Source: a bacterium | GTDB taxonomy: Bacteria; Bacteroidota; Ignavibacteria; UBA10030 | Direction of reading: 5' to 3' | DNA length: 64,000 bases | Assembly (NCBI GenBank): GCA_043803945.1 | Contig: JAZDJN010000065.1 | Span: 1-64,000 of the forward strand | In this document: piece after piece, positions 10,863 through 20,716 of the stretch | How positions within the stretch are numbered: position 1 is the stretch's first letter | How the letters are laid out: every line of letters begins with the position of its first letter | The notes under the pieces: generated by a model | The model's database searches: none | Told to the model about the DNA's origin: nothing | The model's input: the letters and a program-made list of their open reading frames with translations, nothing else | Position numbers and translations under genes: made by a program

Positions 10863-10913
10863 AAATGACCGTCATCTCTCATCGATTTTTCTGAAGAAAG
10901 ATGACGGTCATTT
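10863..10913. repeat. Inverted pair of short palindromes (AAATGACCGTCATCT / AGATGACGGTCATTT)
   Basis: Perfect 15-bp inverted repeat; each arm is itself palindromic around a 1-nt centre (REP-doublet architecture). Confidence 0.6.
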
Positions 10914-10949
10914 ACTCGCTTGTCTTTTTAGAAGGAAAGGAATAGTGGC

Positions 10950-11028
10950 ACCTTCTGAAGGTTTTGCGTTTCCTCTGAGACCTTCGGAAGGTCGGAGAGA
11001 ATAGAGTCGCAATACCTTCCGATGGTAT
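10950..11028. repeat. Three dispersed REP copies (ACCTTCnGAAGGT family)
   Basis: ACCTTCTGAAGGT, GACCTTCGGAAGGTC and ATACCTTCCGATGGTAT match the REPs flanking the RAYT at 27 kb. Confidence 0.75.
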
Positions 11029-11033
11029 CGATG

Positions 11034-11996
11034 TCAAATCAACAGAGTACCTTTCTCCATCACCTTTCGGCCATCGAACCATACGGTCGGTTCTTTGATG
11101 AGGCCATCAAGATGGCTTGCAACTCGTACACTTCCCCCCATCGACTTATTATCACCAAAAGCAATGTGAATCGTACCCATCACTTTTTCATCTTCGATGA
11201 TAAGACCGGTAAGAATAGCCTTATCATTTGTCCCAATGCCAAATTCCGCAACGGTGCGAGCATCTTGCCCATGCGGCTCCCAAAGCTCCAACAACTTCTT
11301 TGCCTCAGCTCCTCCGGTAACCTCAGTGGCATATCCATCCTTCACAAGAATCTTTAATGGCACTCTCACCATTCCGACACCTGCCATTGATCCATCGACA
11401 ACTACTACTCCCTGCGATTCTCCTTCAACAGGCGCAAGATAAGATTCTCCTGTAGGAAGATTTCCCCACAGTCCTTTTTCTCTAAAGAGCCCGGAGCTTG
11501 CATGGGCTTTTCGCCCTTTTATGGGCATAGTGATATCAGTGCCTCCGGGGGCTTTCACGGTAATAACTGATGTCTTTTCCATCTCGGCGCAAATGCGAAA
11601 TGTCCTATCAGCGATCTGATTGTAGTCGGCGTTCATGCAACGCACCATTATTTCTTCAGTGACACCAGGCAATGTCGCCACGCGTGCACCTGCTGCACTA
11701 GCCGCCCGGCGCGCATCGGTATGCGTCAATGATTTCGTCGTTGGGCAGAGAACCACATCGACCATCTTCATCAGCTCTGCAATTTCTTTAGGAGGTTCTT
11801 CTCCGTTGGTTTTCCGAGGGAGCATTTCAATGAGTATTACTTCCGCACCGAGATCTTTGCCGGCTTGCCAGAGAGAGTATCCCAGTAACCGCATCGGCTC
11901 GTCTGTGACGATGAGAACTTTTTCATGGTGTTGAACGCCCATGCAATCGCGTAATGCAATCATTGAGGCAGAAAGAAGTTCAGGCGAGAGAGTCAT
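11034..11996 (-). CDS. M29-like aminopeptidase (aminopeptidase T/leucyl aminopeptidase-like)
   Basis: NLPTGE, AEFGIGTN, EDEK..GTIHIAFGDN and HLDG motifs. Confidence 0.85.
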   Translation of the reverse strand: MTLSPELLSASMIALRDCMGVQHHEKVLIVTDEPMRLLGYSLWQAGKDLGAEVILIEMLPRKTNGEEPPKEIAELMKMVDVVLCPTTKSLTHTDARRAASAAGARVATLPGVTEEIMVRCMNADYNQIADRTFRICAEMEKTSVITVKAPGGTDITMPIKGRKAHASSGLFREKGLWGNLPTGESYLAPVEGESQGVVVVDGSMAGVGMVRVPLKILVKDGYATEVTGGAEAKKLLELWEPHGQDARTVAEFGIGTNDKAILTGLIIEDEKVMGTIHIAFGDNKSMGGSVRVASHLDGLIKEPTVWFDGRKVMEKGTLLI

Positions 11997-12005
11997 AATA
12001 TTTTT

Positions 12006-12040
12006 GTAAAAAGTTAGATGTGAAAAGTTAGATGTTAGAC
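12006..12040. repeat. Five tandem degenerate heptamers GT(T/G)AGAN
   Basis: GTAAAAA GTTAGAT GTGAAAA GTTAGAT GTTAGAC. Confidence 0.65.
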
Positions 12041-12052
12041 AATAAATCCAGA

Positions 12053-12418
12053 TTAGGAATTTGCGTTCCTTTTAAATCGTATCAATCCACTTAAAAGTGA
12101 ATCGACCTTATCCATCTGAGTTTCAATTTCCAGGAAGTGTTCCTCAGTAATGAAATGTATTTTTTTACAAATCTCAATCTGAGTATCCAACTCACTGAGT
12201 GAGCTCCGAGCAATAATGTAAAACTGTATTGAGTCTTTATTCCCTTGATGAGAAGCGCCTTCTGCAATATTCGATGGAATCGAGACAGCGGCTCTTTTCA
12301 TTTGTTGAGCCAATCCAAACTTCTCATCTTGGGGAAGCTTAGCCGTAATTGTATAAATTCTTTCATGAAGTTCGATTGCTTCTTGCCATGCCTTCAATTT
12401 CTTGTGGGCTTTTTGCAT
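12053..12418 (-). CDS. Four-helix bundle protein (23S rRNA IVP family)
   Basis: L.AWQ.A, EKFGL..Q..RAAVSIPSNIAEG and ARSSLSELDTQ motifs; GGAGG RBS before MQKAHK. Confidence 0.9.
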   Translation of the reverse strand: MQKAHKKLKAWQEAIELHERIYTITAKLPQDEKFGLAQQMKRAAVSIPSNIAEGASHQGNKDSIQFYIIARSSLSELDTQIEICKKIHFITEEHFLEIETQMDKVDSLLSGLIRFKRNANS

Positions 12419-12440
12419 AACATCACCTCCTGATAAGATT

Positions 12441-12489
12441 CTCTTTCCTCTTTCCTCTTTCATCTCACCTCTCACTTCTCACTTCTAAC
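12441..12489. repeat. Seven tandem heptamers, inverted relative to 12006-12040
   Basis: CTCTTTC x3, ATCTCAC, CTCTCAC, TTCTCAC, TTCTAAC. Confidence 0.75.
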
Positions 12490-12494
12490 GTCCC

Positions 12495-13787
12495 TTACTG
12501 CTTTCCCGCTCGAATCGTCTCCAATCCATGGGCATTCGGTCCTGTTTCATTACGGCGCAGCCAGCAGGCAAAAAAGAGTCCGAAAAAACCAAGAGATGAG
12601 AAGATCCACATACCGAGTGTATACCCTCCAGGATTCATACCACTTGCTGCAGAGTAATCATTAGCCCAACCGATGAGGAAATTGAAACCGGCAAGCCCGA
12701 TATTCTGAATCAGCGTCATCAAACCATAGGCGGTGCCGAGTTTGGATTGATCGACAAGATAGCTCACCGATGGCCACATAATCCCGGGTATCAATGAAAA
12801 GGCAACTCCCATCAGCGCCATCGGGATGTAGAGAGAAAGTGATGTATAGGCCATGATAAGATACACGGGCATGATTAAGACACATCCAATCAGCATAAGC
12901 GATGCACGTTTACCAATTTTATCGGCTAACAAGCCAAATAGAGGAGTCGCTATCATCGCAAAGAGTGTAAGCATGCTGGAGAGAAATCCTCCCAGTTCAC
13001 GCGAAGCACCATGAGCATCCATGAAGAATTTCACAGCGAATGTCTGGAACGGGAAAATGCCGGAATAAAAAGTGACACAGAGCGCGACAATGAGCCAGTA
13101 AGACTTACCGAATTTGAAGATATCCTGCCACACGACCTTATCGGTTTCACCTGCATCACCGATCTGGTATTTTTTCGCGGCGCTGCTTTCCAAAATCCAA
13201 TAGATGGCGGCACCGAGAACGCAAATGAATCCAAAGACAACCGCGATCAATAATGGCCCCCGCCATTCTTGATAATACGCTGCAGCCCATGATGGAGAAT
13301 TCAATGCGGCAAATGAACCGAGCCGTGCGATGGTCAGGTTGATACCAAATGCAAAGCTGAGCTCTTTTCCTTTGAACCATTTCGCAATTGCAGTCGTTAC
13401 TGCGACGATAAGCGATTCAGCACCAAGTCCAAAGATCAGCCGACCGGCTGCCATAAAGAATAATTGACTGCTGATTGCAGTGATCATCGCCCCCAGCAGA
13501 CAGAGGACAGCAAAGATCATCGTCGACTTCTTCGTCCCCAACCGATCGATTATAAATCCACCGATGAGAACCATGAAGATATTCGGGACACTATAAATGC
13601 CTTGCAAAAGACCAATATCCGAGTCGGTAAAGTGAAGCTGCTTGACCAGCACATCGGCAAGAGGGCTGATACAATCATAGATATAGTAATTCCCAAACAT
13701 CGCCAGACTGATAAGCACAAGGACGAGCCAGCGGAAGGCGCGGGGAGGCTGCATTTTTACGGCAGAATTTATGTCAGTTATTGTCAT
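12495..13787 (-). CDS. MFS transporter, MFSD1-like
   Basis: About 12 TM segments; GNYYIYD..SPL, YSVPN..M..IGG..ID and GRLIFGLGAES motifs. Confidence 0.8.
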   Translation of the reverse strand: MTITDINSAVKMQPPRAFRWLVLVLISLAMFGNYYIYDCISPLADVLVKQLHFTDSDIGLLQGIYSVPNIFMVLIGGFIIDRLGTKKSTMIFAVLCLLGAMITAISSQLFFMAAGRLIFGLGAESLIVAVTTAIAKWFKGKELSFAFGINLTIARLGSFAALNSPSWAAAYYQEWRGPLLIAVVFGFICVLGAAIYWILESSAAKKYQIGDAGETDKVVWQDIFKFGKSYWLIVALCVTFYSGIFPFQTFAVKFFMDAHGASRELGGFLSSMLTLFAMIATPLFGLLADKIGKRASLMLIGCVLIMPVYLIMAYTSLSLYIPMALMGVAFSLIPGIMWPSVSYLVDQSKLGTAYGLMTLIQNIGLAGFNFLIGWANDYSAASGMNPGGYTLGMWIFSSLGFFGLFFACWLRRNETGPNAHGLETIRAGKQ

Positions 13788-13850
13788 CTAAGCTCCATTG
13801 ACAAATCTCCGGCAGACGTAGATAAAAGAAGACAGACAAGGTTGTATTAG

Positions 13851-14213
13851 CTATAAAAGTGATTTCCGAAATCGTATCAATCCATTGAGCAATGATTCAA
13901 CCGCATCCAACTTTTTACTTACTATAGAACCAAGCTCATCATTAAGAATGTTAAGAATCCTGCAGATTTCAATTTGTGTATCTAACTCATTCAGTGAAGA
14001 ACGGGCCATGACAAAATATTGGATTGAGTCCTTAATTGCTTGGCGCGCAGCGCCTTCTGCAATATTGGAAGGGATTGAGATTGAGGCTCTTCTCATTTGG
14101 GAAATTAATCCATATTTTTCTTCCGTTGGAAAACCAGCAGTGACCTCATAGACCAGTTTTACTAATTCGATACCTTCCTGCCAAACGCGCAATTGTTTGA
14201 ATCCCTTTTCCAT
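13851..14213 (-). CDS. Four-helix bundle protein (second paralogue)
   Basis: LRVWQ, FP.EEKYGL.SQMRRAS.SIPSNIAEG motifs. Confidence 0.9.
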   Translation of the reverse strand: MEKGFKQLRVWQEGIELVKLVYEVTAGFPTEEKYGLISQMRRASISIPSNIAEGAARQAIKDSIQYFVMARSSLNELDTQIEICRILNILNDELGSIVSKKLDAVESLLNGLIRFRKSLL

Positions 14214-14273
14214 CTCTAACCTCCCTGGTTATAGATTGTTTTGGGTTTACCGATTAACGTTTTCTATTTAGCA

Positions 14274-15731
14274 TTATTTTACATTCTTTAATATTCCCAT
14301 TAAGAAATTCCAATATTTCTCTACTGTATCGATATAGATTTTTTCATCGGGCGAATGGACACCTTCAAGTGTGGGCCCCATGGAGACCATATCCATACCG
14401 GGATATTTCTCGCCGATGATTCCGCACTCGAGTCCGGCATGAATGGCTTTGACAAGCGGTTCTTTGCCGTAAAGAGCCTTATAGGTTTCTTTGGCATTCT
14501 TCAGAATTGGAGAGTCGAGGTTCGGTTTCCATCCTGGATACCCTTCCGTGTGTTCGACTTTGGCACTGCCCAGTGAGAGCACCGAGTAGACCATTTGTAA
14601 CGCTTCCGCTATTTCACTTGCCACCGAGCTGCGCTGACTGGTAATGACCGTAAGAACATTCTTTTCGATTTTGACAATCGCTAGGTTGGTGGATGTTTCA
14701 ACGAGACAGGGTATATCGGCGCTCATCTTTAACACTCCGTGGGGAATCGCGGCAAGCGTCTTCAGTATCTGCTCCAGTTGAGCCTTCTTAATGACCTTCT
14801 CTTTGTTCTTCAACTGGATTTGCTCCAGAAGGACAGTGAGATCTGGTTCGACGGTAGCGAGTTCAGCTTTTACCGTTGCATTCCAGGTTGCGACAAGCTT
14901 CTGAATCTTTTTAAGCTCCTTCTTGGGGATAAATACGACAGACTCTGCTTCACGAGGAATGGCGTTGCTCTTGTTCCCGCCGTTAATGCAGCATATTCTT
15001 ATGCCGGCATTGTGGAGAGCGTAAAGAACCCGAGTAAGAATTTTAAGTGAGTTGCCGCGGCCCTTGTCGATCTCTAGTCCGGAGTGTCCTCCCTTAAGGC
15101 CTTTGACAACCAGCTTCATGGCAACCGTGGCGCCCGGGACATTATCATATTTTAATTTCCATGAACCTATCGTGTTCCTGCCGCCGGAACAGCCGACGTA
15201 AAGCGCTCCCTCTTCTTCCGAATCGAGGTTCATGAGAGTTTTGCTTTGCACAAATCCCACCTTCAAGCCGTTGGCACCATTCAAGCCCATCTCTTCATCG
15301 ATGGTAAAGAGAAATTCAAGTGGTCCATGTTCAAGTGTTCGGTCCTCCATAATCGCCAGATTGGTTGCCACGGCGATTCCATTATCCGCACCGAGCGTAG
15401 TTCCATTCGCTCTCAGAACATTTCCATCACGAACCAACTCGATCGGATCTTTTTCAAAATCATGGATCTTGTCTTTGTTCTTTTCGCAAACCATATCGAG
15501 GTGACCCTGCAGGCAGATCATCGGGACACTCTCACGTCCGGCTGAGGCGGGTTTGCGGACGACCACATTGAGCAGTTTGTCTTGTTTCACTTCTATTCCA
15601 AGCTTTTTCGCAGTCTCAACCACATAGTTCGAGACCTTCTTTTCATTCTTCGAACCGCGGGGAATCTTGCTGATCTCGGCAAAGTATTTCCACACGAGTT
15701 CGGGTTTCAATCCATCAATTGCATTCGACAT
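14274..15731 (-). CDS. pepD: Aminoacyl-histidine dipeptidase (M20C)
   Basis: LQGHLDMV, TTLGADNG, DEEMG, NLDSEE and IHAGLECG motifs. Confidence 0.92.
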   Translation of the reverse strand: MSNAIDGLKPELVWKYFAEISKIPRGSKNEKKVSNYVVETAKKLGIEVKQDKLLNVVVRKPASAGRESVPMICLQGHLDMVCEKNKDKIHDFEKDPIELVRDGNVLRANGTTLGADNGIAVATNLAIMEDRTLEHGPLEFLFTIDEEMGLNGANGLKVGFVQSKTLMNLDSEEEGALYVGCSGGRNTIGSWKLKYDNVPGATVAMKLVVKGLKGGHSGLEIDKGRGNSLKILTRVLYALHNAGIRICCINGGNKSNAIPREAESVVFIPKKELKKIQKLVATWNATVKAELATVEPDLTVLLEQIQLKNKEKVIKKAQLEQILKTLAAIPHGVLKMSADIPCLVETSTNLAIVKIEKNVLTVITSQRSSVASEIAEALQMVYSVLSLGSAKVEHTEGYPGWKPNLDSPILKNAKETYKALYGKEPLVKAIHAGLECGIIGEKYPGMDMVSMGPTLEGVHSPDEKIYIDTVEKYWNFLMGILKNVK

Positions 15732-15784
15732 GATTTTATTCTCCTACATAAGACCTTGTAAAGTGAACATTCTCTGGTTCTTAG

Positions 15785-16129
15785 CTAATAGTTTATCATG
15801 ATGAGATGGCCATCCTCCAGTTTTCTAATAAACGCACCAATCCGTTCCTCTGCAGGTTCAGCAGAGGCCCCGTGCACCCGTCGTAGACTTGCGGCAATAT
15901 CTGCAACAGTGTTGTTACCATCGCATTGATTCCAGACAAAACTTCCGAAGTCGTCGAGCTTCACCCGGAAGTTGGGCCTCTTCAATTTGGGTGTCACATA
16001 CTTTGCCAGCATGCCATTCTTGAATTTTGGTATTAACAGAACAGCATTTCCGTTATCGCCAACTTCCCACTTAACGTTTTGAATTGGTTTTAAATCCAAC
16101 AGATTTACTTCTGTTTTCTTCTTTTTCAT
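15785..16129 (-). CDS. PqqD-family (RRE-fold) protein
   Basis: LDDFGSFVW.QCDG..TV.DIA..L pattern typical of PqqD/RRE domains. Confidence 0.75.
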   Translation of the reverse strand: MKKKKTEVNLLDLKPIQNVKWEVGDNGNAVLLIPKFKNGMLAKYVTPKLKRPNFRVKLDDFGSFVWNQCDGNNTVADIAASLRRVHGASAEPAEERIGAFIRKLEDGHLIMINY

Positions 16130-16146
16130 TTCGTCTTGCGTTTTGT

Positions 16147-16189
16147 GAAAAAAGGAGCGGAGTAACTACGATTTCAATTACTCCGCTCG
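16147..16189 (-). terminator. Intrinsic terminator-like hairpin after the OPT gene
   Basis: GAGCGGAGTAA/TTACTCCGCTC stem followed by a T-run on the minus strand. Confidence 0.6.
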
Positions 16190-16212
16190 ATCAGATACTT
16201 TACCGGATCCGC

Positions 16213-18261
16213 TTAGAACGCTGCACTGGGTGGTGCAGGATCGTCGGGTTTACCGGCGTTCTTTAAGGGAATCTGGACAAGAATATAAGCGATGACTGCA
16301 AACACAATCCAGCTTACATGGAAGTTGAACGGAAGGAAGCTTAAGAGATTCGTGAACCACGTGTCATAAGAGACTTCCAGGATTGCAAGGATCGCAAAGA
16401 TAAATCCAACCATAGCCTCTCCTGCGATAAGACCGGCAGCGAGAAGCACACCATTGTTTTCAATGCGGGCTTTTTGAGCGTCATTCATTTGTCTTTTTGC
16501 CGCAAACTTCTCGACGATGCCTTTGATCAATCCTCCAACAAAAATGGCAAATGTTGTTGCAAGTGAAAGATACATACCGACACAGACTAGCATCGGGCTG
16601 CGTACCTGCATTAAAATGAATCCTAATCCCATCACCATTCCGACGATGATAAGTGGCCATGCCATCTCTCCGGCAACGATGCCCTGTGAAAGCATCGCCA
16701 TGAGGCTCGCCTGAGGCGCTGAATAGGTAGCTCCCCCAAGCCCGGTTCCACCTTTACTGATATCACCATAGTGGAGAATCAATAACGGTCCGAACATCGC
16801 GAACGCAGACAACGTTACTCCGAGTAAATCGCCGATCTGCATTTTCCAAGGAGTTCCACCCAGGATATGGCCAACCTTCAAATCCTGGAGCATTTCGCCT
16901 GCCACAGCGGCTGCAACGCAAACCACGCCGGCTACGCCGAGGACTGCAGCAACGCCTGGCGTGCCTTTCATGCCAAGAGCGACCATCAGTAGTGCTGCAA
17001 CGAGCAGCGTCGAGAGTGTCAGTCCGCTTATTGGATTGTTGCTGGAGCCAATGATACCGACCAGATACCCTGAGACTGCGGCAAAAAAGAATCCGGCGAT
17101 AATCATGACGACGGTCGCCACGAGTGCGGCTGCAACATCCTGTGCGAAATAGTTATAGATAAAGAATGTCGCAATACTGGCGAGAAGGATTCCAATCATC
17201 ACCGTCTTAAAGCTGAGGTCCTGGTCCAACCGATTCGTTGTAACCTGTTCACCCGAGGCCGCTTTTTTCACATCGCTGATTGAACGCTTGAGTCCCCCCA
17301 GCAAACTCTTTCTCATACGAAAGAGTGTAAACGCAGCGCTCATCAACATACCGCCAACCGCGATAGGCCGGACAATATTTCTCCAGACCATTGCAGAGAG
17401 CGTCATCCAATCTGCTTCTGTTGGACTCGAACCAGTCTGGAAAATTGTTGGGCCAATGAAATAGCTGATGATTGGCACAAACAATCCCCATGCGAGGAGA
17501 CCACCACTAAAGTTCAGTGAGGCAAGCTTCGGACCGATAATATAACCGACACCGATGTAGGCAGGGCTGACGGCTGGGGGTGTTATAACAATGCCGCTCT
17601 GAGCAGTTGCCGAGCCGCTGCCGCCGAGTTTGATAATGGATTGAGAGAACGAGATAAACCATTGTTTTGCCGAGACAAAGATATTCAGTTGGATTAGTGT
17701 CTGGATAAACGCTCCGATTCCCATCGCACTGAACAGGAATTTCGCCCCTGATCCACCGGCCTGTCCTGCCTTATGAATTTCCGCTGCTGCAACAGATTCT
17801 GGAAAAGGCAATTCGACATCTTCGACCATTACACGCCGCAACAATGCTACGAACAGGACACCGATGATGCCGCCGACGAGCATGATAAAACTCGCCACAA
17901 AATAATTTTCCCATGTACCAAATTCTGCCCAGATTCCTGCGATAAAAAATGCCGGAAGGGTGAAAATGGCACCTGCGGCAACCGATTCTCCTATCGAACC
18001 GACTGTTCGGGCGAAGTTTTCTTCAAGGATGGATCCTTTCATCACGCGAAGTAAGCCCATGCCAATTACCGCTGCAGGGTACGTTGCAGCAATCGTCATA
18101 CCGGCTTTCAAACCAAGATAGGCATTTGCCGCGCCAAGAAAGACCGACATGACCAGGCCTATGATTAATGCTTTGGCCGTAAACTCTCTCATATCGGTTT
18201 CTGCAGGCACATAGGGCTTGTAGCGAACGCCTCCACCACCTGTGCTTTGTGCTTCAGCCAT
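16213..18261 (-). CDS. OPT-family oligopeptide transporter
   Basis: AANAYLGLKAG, LPFPE..AAAE, SNNPISG, LQDLK.G and APQA motifs. Confidence 0.92.
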   Translation of the reverse strand: MAEAQSTGGGGVRYKPYVPAETDMREFTAKALIIGLVMSVFLGAANAYLGLKAGMTIAATYPAAVIGMGLLRVMKGSILEENFARTVGSIGESVAAGAIFTLPAFFIAGIWAEFGTWENYFVASFIMLVGGIIGVLFVALLRRVMVEDVELPFPESVAAAEIHKAGQAGGSGAKFLFSAMGIGAFIQTLIQLNIFVSAKQWFISFSQSIIKLGGSGSATAQSGIVITPPAVSPAYIGVGYIIGPKLASLNFSGGLLAWGLFVPIISYFIGPTIFQTGSSPTEADWMTLSAMVWRNIVRPIAVGGMLMSAAFTLFRMRKSLLGGLKRSISDVKKAASGEQVTTNRLDQDLSFKTVMIGILLASIATFFIYNYFAQDVAAALVATVVMIIAGFFFAAVSGYLVGIIGSSNNPISGLTLSTLLVAALLMVALGMKGTPGVAAVLGVAGVVCVAAAVAGEMLQDLKVGHILGGTPWKMQIGDLLGVTLSAFAMFGPLLILHYGDISKGGTGLGGATYSAPQASLMAMLSQGIVAGEMAWPLIIVGMVMGLGFILMQVRSPMLVCVGMYLSLATTFAIFVGGLIKGIVEKFAAKRQMNDAQKARIENNGVLLAAGLIAGEAMVGFIFAILAILEVSYDTWFTNLLSFLPFNFHVSWIVFAVIAYILVQIPLKNAGKPDDPAPPSAAF

Positions 18262-18298
18262 AAGTCACTCTCCTTCAGTAATTGTGAGACGGAATGAA

Positions 18299-19198
18299 TT
18301 ATCGAATAAAAATTGCTTTAGTAATATACCATGCCATATGCGGGTTTTCCTTCAGCCGGCGGGTCGAATACGCATACCACTGCTCGCCGTACGGAACATA
18401 CACACGTAGTTTATGCCCGGCTGCCACGATCTGGTCGCGAAGCGATTCACGGACACCGAGCAGCATCTGAAACTCATACTTGTCTTTCGACAAACCAAGT
18501 TTTTTGATCATCGCCATGGCGCCATCGATGAGATAGTCATCATGGGTTGCTATGCCGACGTAGGAACCGCTTTCCAGGATAATTTGCAGGAGTTTGAGAA
18601 AGTTTTCACGGATTTGCTGTCGGTCTTTGAACGCGATGGAGGGCGATTCATTATAGATTCCTTTACAGAGCCTGAATGTCGCACCTTCCTTCACCAGTGT
18701 TTGCACATCGCTCTCACTCCGGTGGAGGTAAGATTGAATGACAACTCCGGTGTTCGTATATCCCTCTTTGTGGAAACGGCGCCAGAGGTTCAGAGTCTGA
18801 TCGGTCGTCGTTGCATCCTCCATGTCAATGCGGACGAAATTATTCAGTTTCCGTGCCTCGTCGAGAATTGTCTTGATATTGTTGTATGCCAATTCACGGT
18901 CAATGGTGAGCCCGAGTTGAGTCGGTTTGATCGACATATTCGAATCGAGCTTGTGCTCATCAATCGCTTTGAGAATGGGAAGAATATTTGCAAGAACATC
19001 TTTTGCCTCAGAGGCATCCTTTACAAATTCACCCAGCAAATCCATCGTACAGACCATTCCCTTGTTGTTCAGTTCTTTTACTTTTTTTACTGCATCGGGC
19101 AGAGTAATCCCTGCGATATAACGCTTCGCCACCGCACCCACGATAATCTTCGGGATGTACGGCATTGATGCGACAATGAATTTATTTATAATAGACAT
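18299..19198 (-). CDS. Monofunctional proline dehydrogenase
   Basis: RIDMED, RLCKG.Y, IATHD, EFQML.G and YVPYG..WY.Y..RRL.E motifs. Confidence 0.92.
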   Translation of the reverse strand: MSIINKFIVASMPYIPKIIVGAVAKRYIAGITLPDAVKKVKELNNKGMVCTMDLLGEFVKDASEAKDVLANILPILKAIDEHKLDSNMSIKPTQLGLTIDRELAYNNIKTILDEARKLNNFVRIDMEDATTTDQTLNLWRRFHKEGYTNTGVVIQSYLHRSESDVQTLVKEGATFRLCKGIYNESPSIAFKDRQQIRENFLKLLQIILESGSYVGIATHDDYLIDGAMAMIKKLGLSKDKYEFQMLLGVRESLRDQIVAAGHKLRVYVPYGEQWYAYSTRRLKENPHMAWYITKAIFIR

Positions 19199-19373
19199 GA
19201 TGGTCTCATATTCTGTGTGACATCGTTGGTATGACTGGGAGTGTAACAGCTTGAAAGGAAAGCACTCCGCAGGCCTTCAGCGGCTCGAAAAGATAGCCAC
19301 ACAAGCCTACAAATGCAATATTAAATCCATATTCTCTCTGTAAGGAAGAGCCGGGAATAAGACAACAGAGCTT

Positions 19374-20714
19374 CTAAAATGAGACGACCAATCCGATCTT
19401 TGGCTCGATGCGCCTTTGCGCTTTGTACCCGAGAACTTTTCCGGTGTCGTCCTTTTCCTCCGCAAAGGTCCATTCATAAAGCATCGATACAACAAGATAG
19501 GGCATTGGTTTGTAGCCCACGAGAGCGTAGAGAATTGAGTTATTGTCAACTTTGAAAACAGGACCGATATTCGATTTGTCATACCCCGCCAGTACTACAA
19601 TACCGGGGATTGCCTCGCCGGCATCCAATTCTGCGTGTAATGTTCCAGCATTTTTCATTCCAACAGGCGAATGATATCCCCCCAGTATGTTAAAGCTGTT
19701 GAGGATACTAATCATGAACTCACCATAATATCCCTCATAGGAAGGTGCGGTTTTAAGACGTTGCACTTTGGTCATGAAGTGTGCCGTGTCCGGAGTGGTA
19801 TAGCGCTCCTTTTCATACAGCGCGCCAAAATAGGTTGGCAGAAATTGTTCCCCGACAAACCTTCGTTCATACTTTGCATTAAGAGTAACAAGGCTTAAAC
19901 CGGAGAAATTCAGGTCAATGCCGACAGATGTGCCGCTGCCATAGTTGGCAATCTTTACATAGTCAGAATAAAATGTTGTGCTGAAACTGCTCGATTTAAT
20001 GAGTGGAAATCCCAGATCGAATCCAAACAGCGCCAGAGTACCATCATCAACCGCGCGAGTAAGCAGCCCGGTCGCATCACCCCATGTCTTATTTGCATTG
20101 CTATGGAAGTCGGAGGCGTAGGAAACACCAACTTCAAGATTACCAAGCACAGGAGCGGCGGCGGCTTCTGTGAATTGCAATGGCCTCACGTACCCGCGCA
20201 CACCGAATACACCTGCGTTGAAGAGATCGCCAAGCACTGTTTCAAAACCGAAGTTCTCCAGATCGGCATCAAGCTCTATCCCCACTCTTCGCATATCATA
20301 GCTGGCAGTATTCCGATAGAGATAGATGATCGAACCGTGACCCAAACGTGCTGCATCCATATTACCAGCCCGAATGTAAAGAGGATCTGTTTTCTGCCCA
20401 TAGCGGATATAGCGAATGATGCGCAGGTAATCATACGTTTCATTAAAATCTTCTTTCCGAACCTTGCCATCTTCTCCGATTCGAAGGTTGAGGTCAAGGC
20501 CTACACCAAGTTTGCCGAAAGAGAGTTCGGGCCGAAGATGTACAAGATAATAAGGCTTGCCGTCAATGATCGTTGCTCCAAATCCACCGGTAATTGTTTG
20601 TTGATTACGCGATTGGATAAGCGGGAATCTCTCCTGAATCGTTGTCTGTCCCATAGCAGAAGAAAGAGCTATGAACACAAGAAGTGAAAAATAAGTCTGG
20701 TTAGACGTTTTCAT
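19374..20714 (-). CDS. Hypothetical outer-membrane beta-barrel protein
   Basis: Signal peptide, alternating beta-strand pattern, C-terminal Phe. Confidence 0.55.
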   Translation of the reverse strand: MKTSNQTYFSLLVFIALSSAMGQTTIQERFPLIQSRNQQTITGGFGATIIDGKPYYLVHLRPELSFGKLGVGLDLNLRIGEDGKVRKEDFNETYDYLRIIRYIRYGQKTDPLYIRAGNMDAARLGHGSIIYLYRNTASYDMRRVGIELDADLENFGFETVLGDLFNAGVFGVRGYVRPLQFTEAAAAPVLGNLEVGVSYASDFHSNANKTWGDATGLLTRAVDDGTLALFGFDLGFPLIKSSSFSTTFYSDYVKIANYGSGTSVGIDLNFSGLSLVTLNAKYERRFVGEQFLPTYFGALYEKERYTTPDTAHFMTKVQRLKTAPSYEGYYGEFMISILNSFNILGGYHSPVGMKNAGTLHAELDAGEAIPGIVVLAGYDKSNIGPVFKVDNNSILYALVGYKPMPYLVVSMLYEWTFAEEKDDTGKVLGYKAQRRIEPKIGLVVSF

Positions 20715-20716
20715 TG

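Noticed and set aside
12053-14213. Diversity-generating retroelement (Avd-like proteins)
   Set aside because: No reverse transcriptase or TR/VR pair in the window.
15785-16129. RiPP or PQQ biosynthetic cluster
   Set aside because: No precursor peptide, radical-SAM or other maturase nearby.
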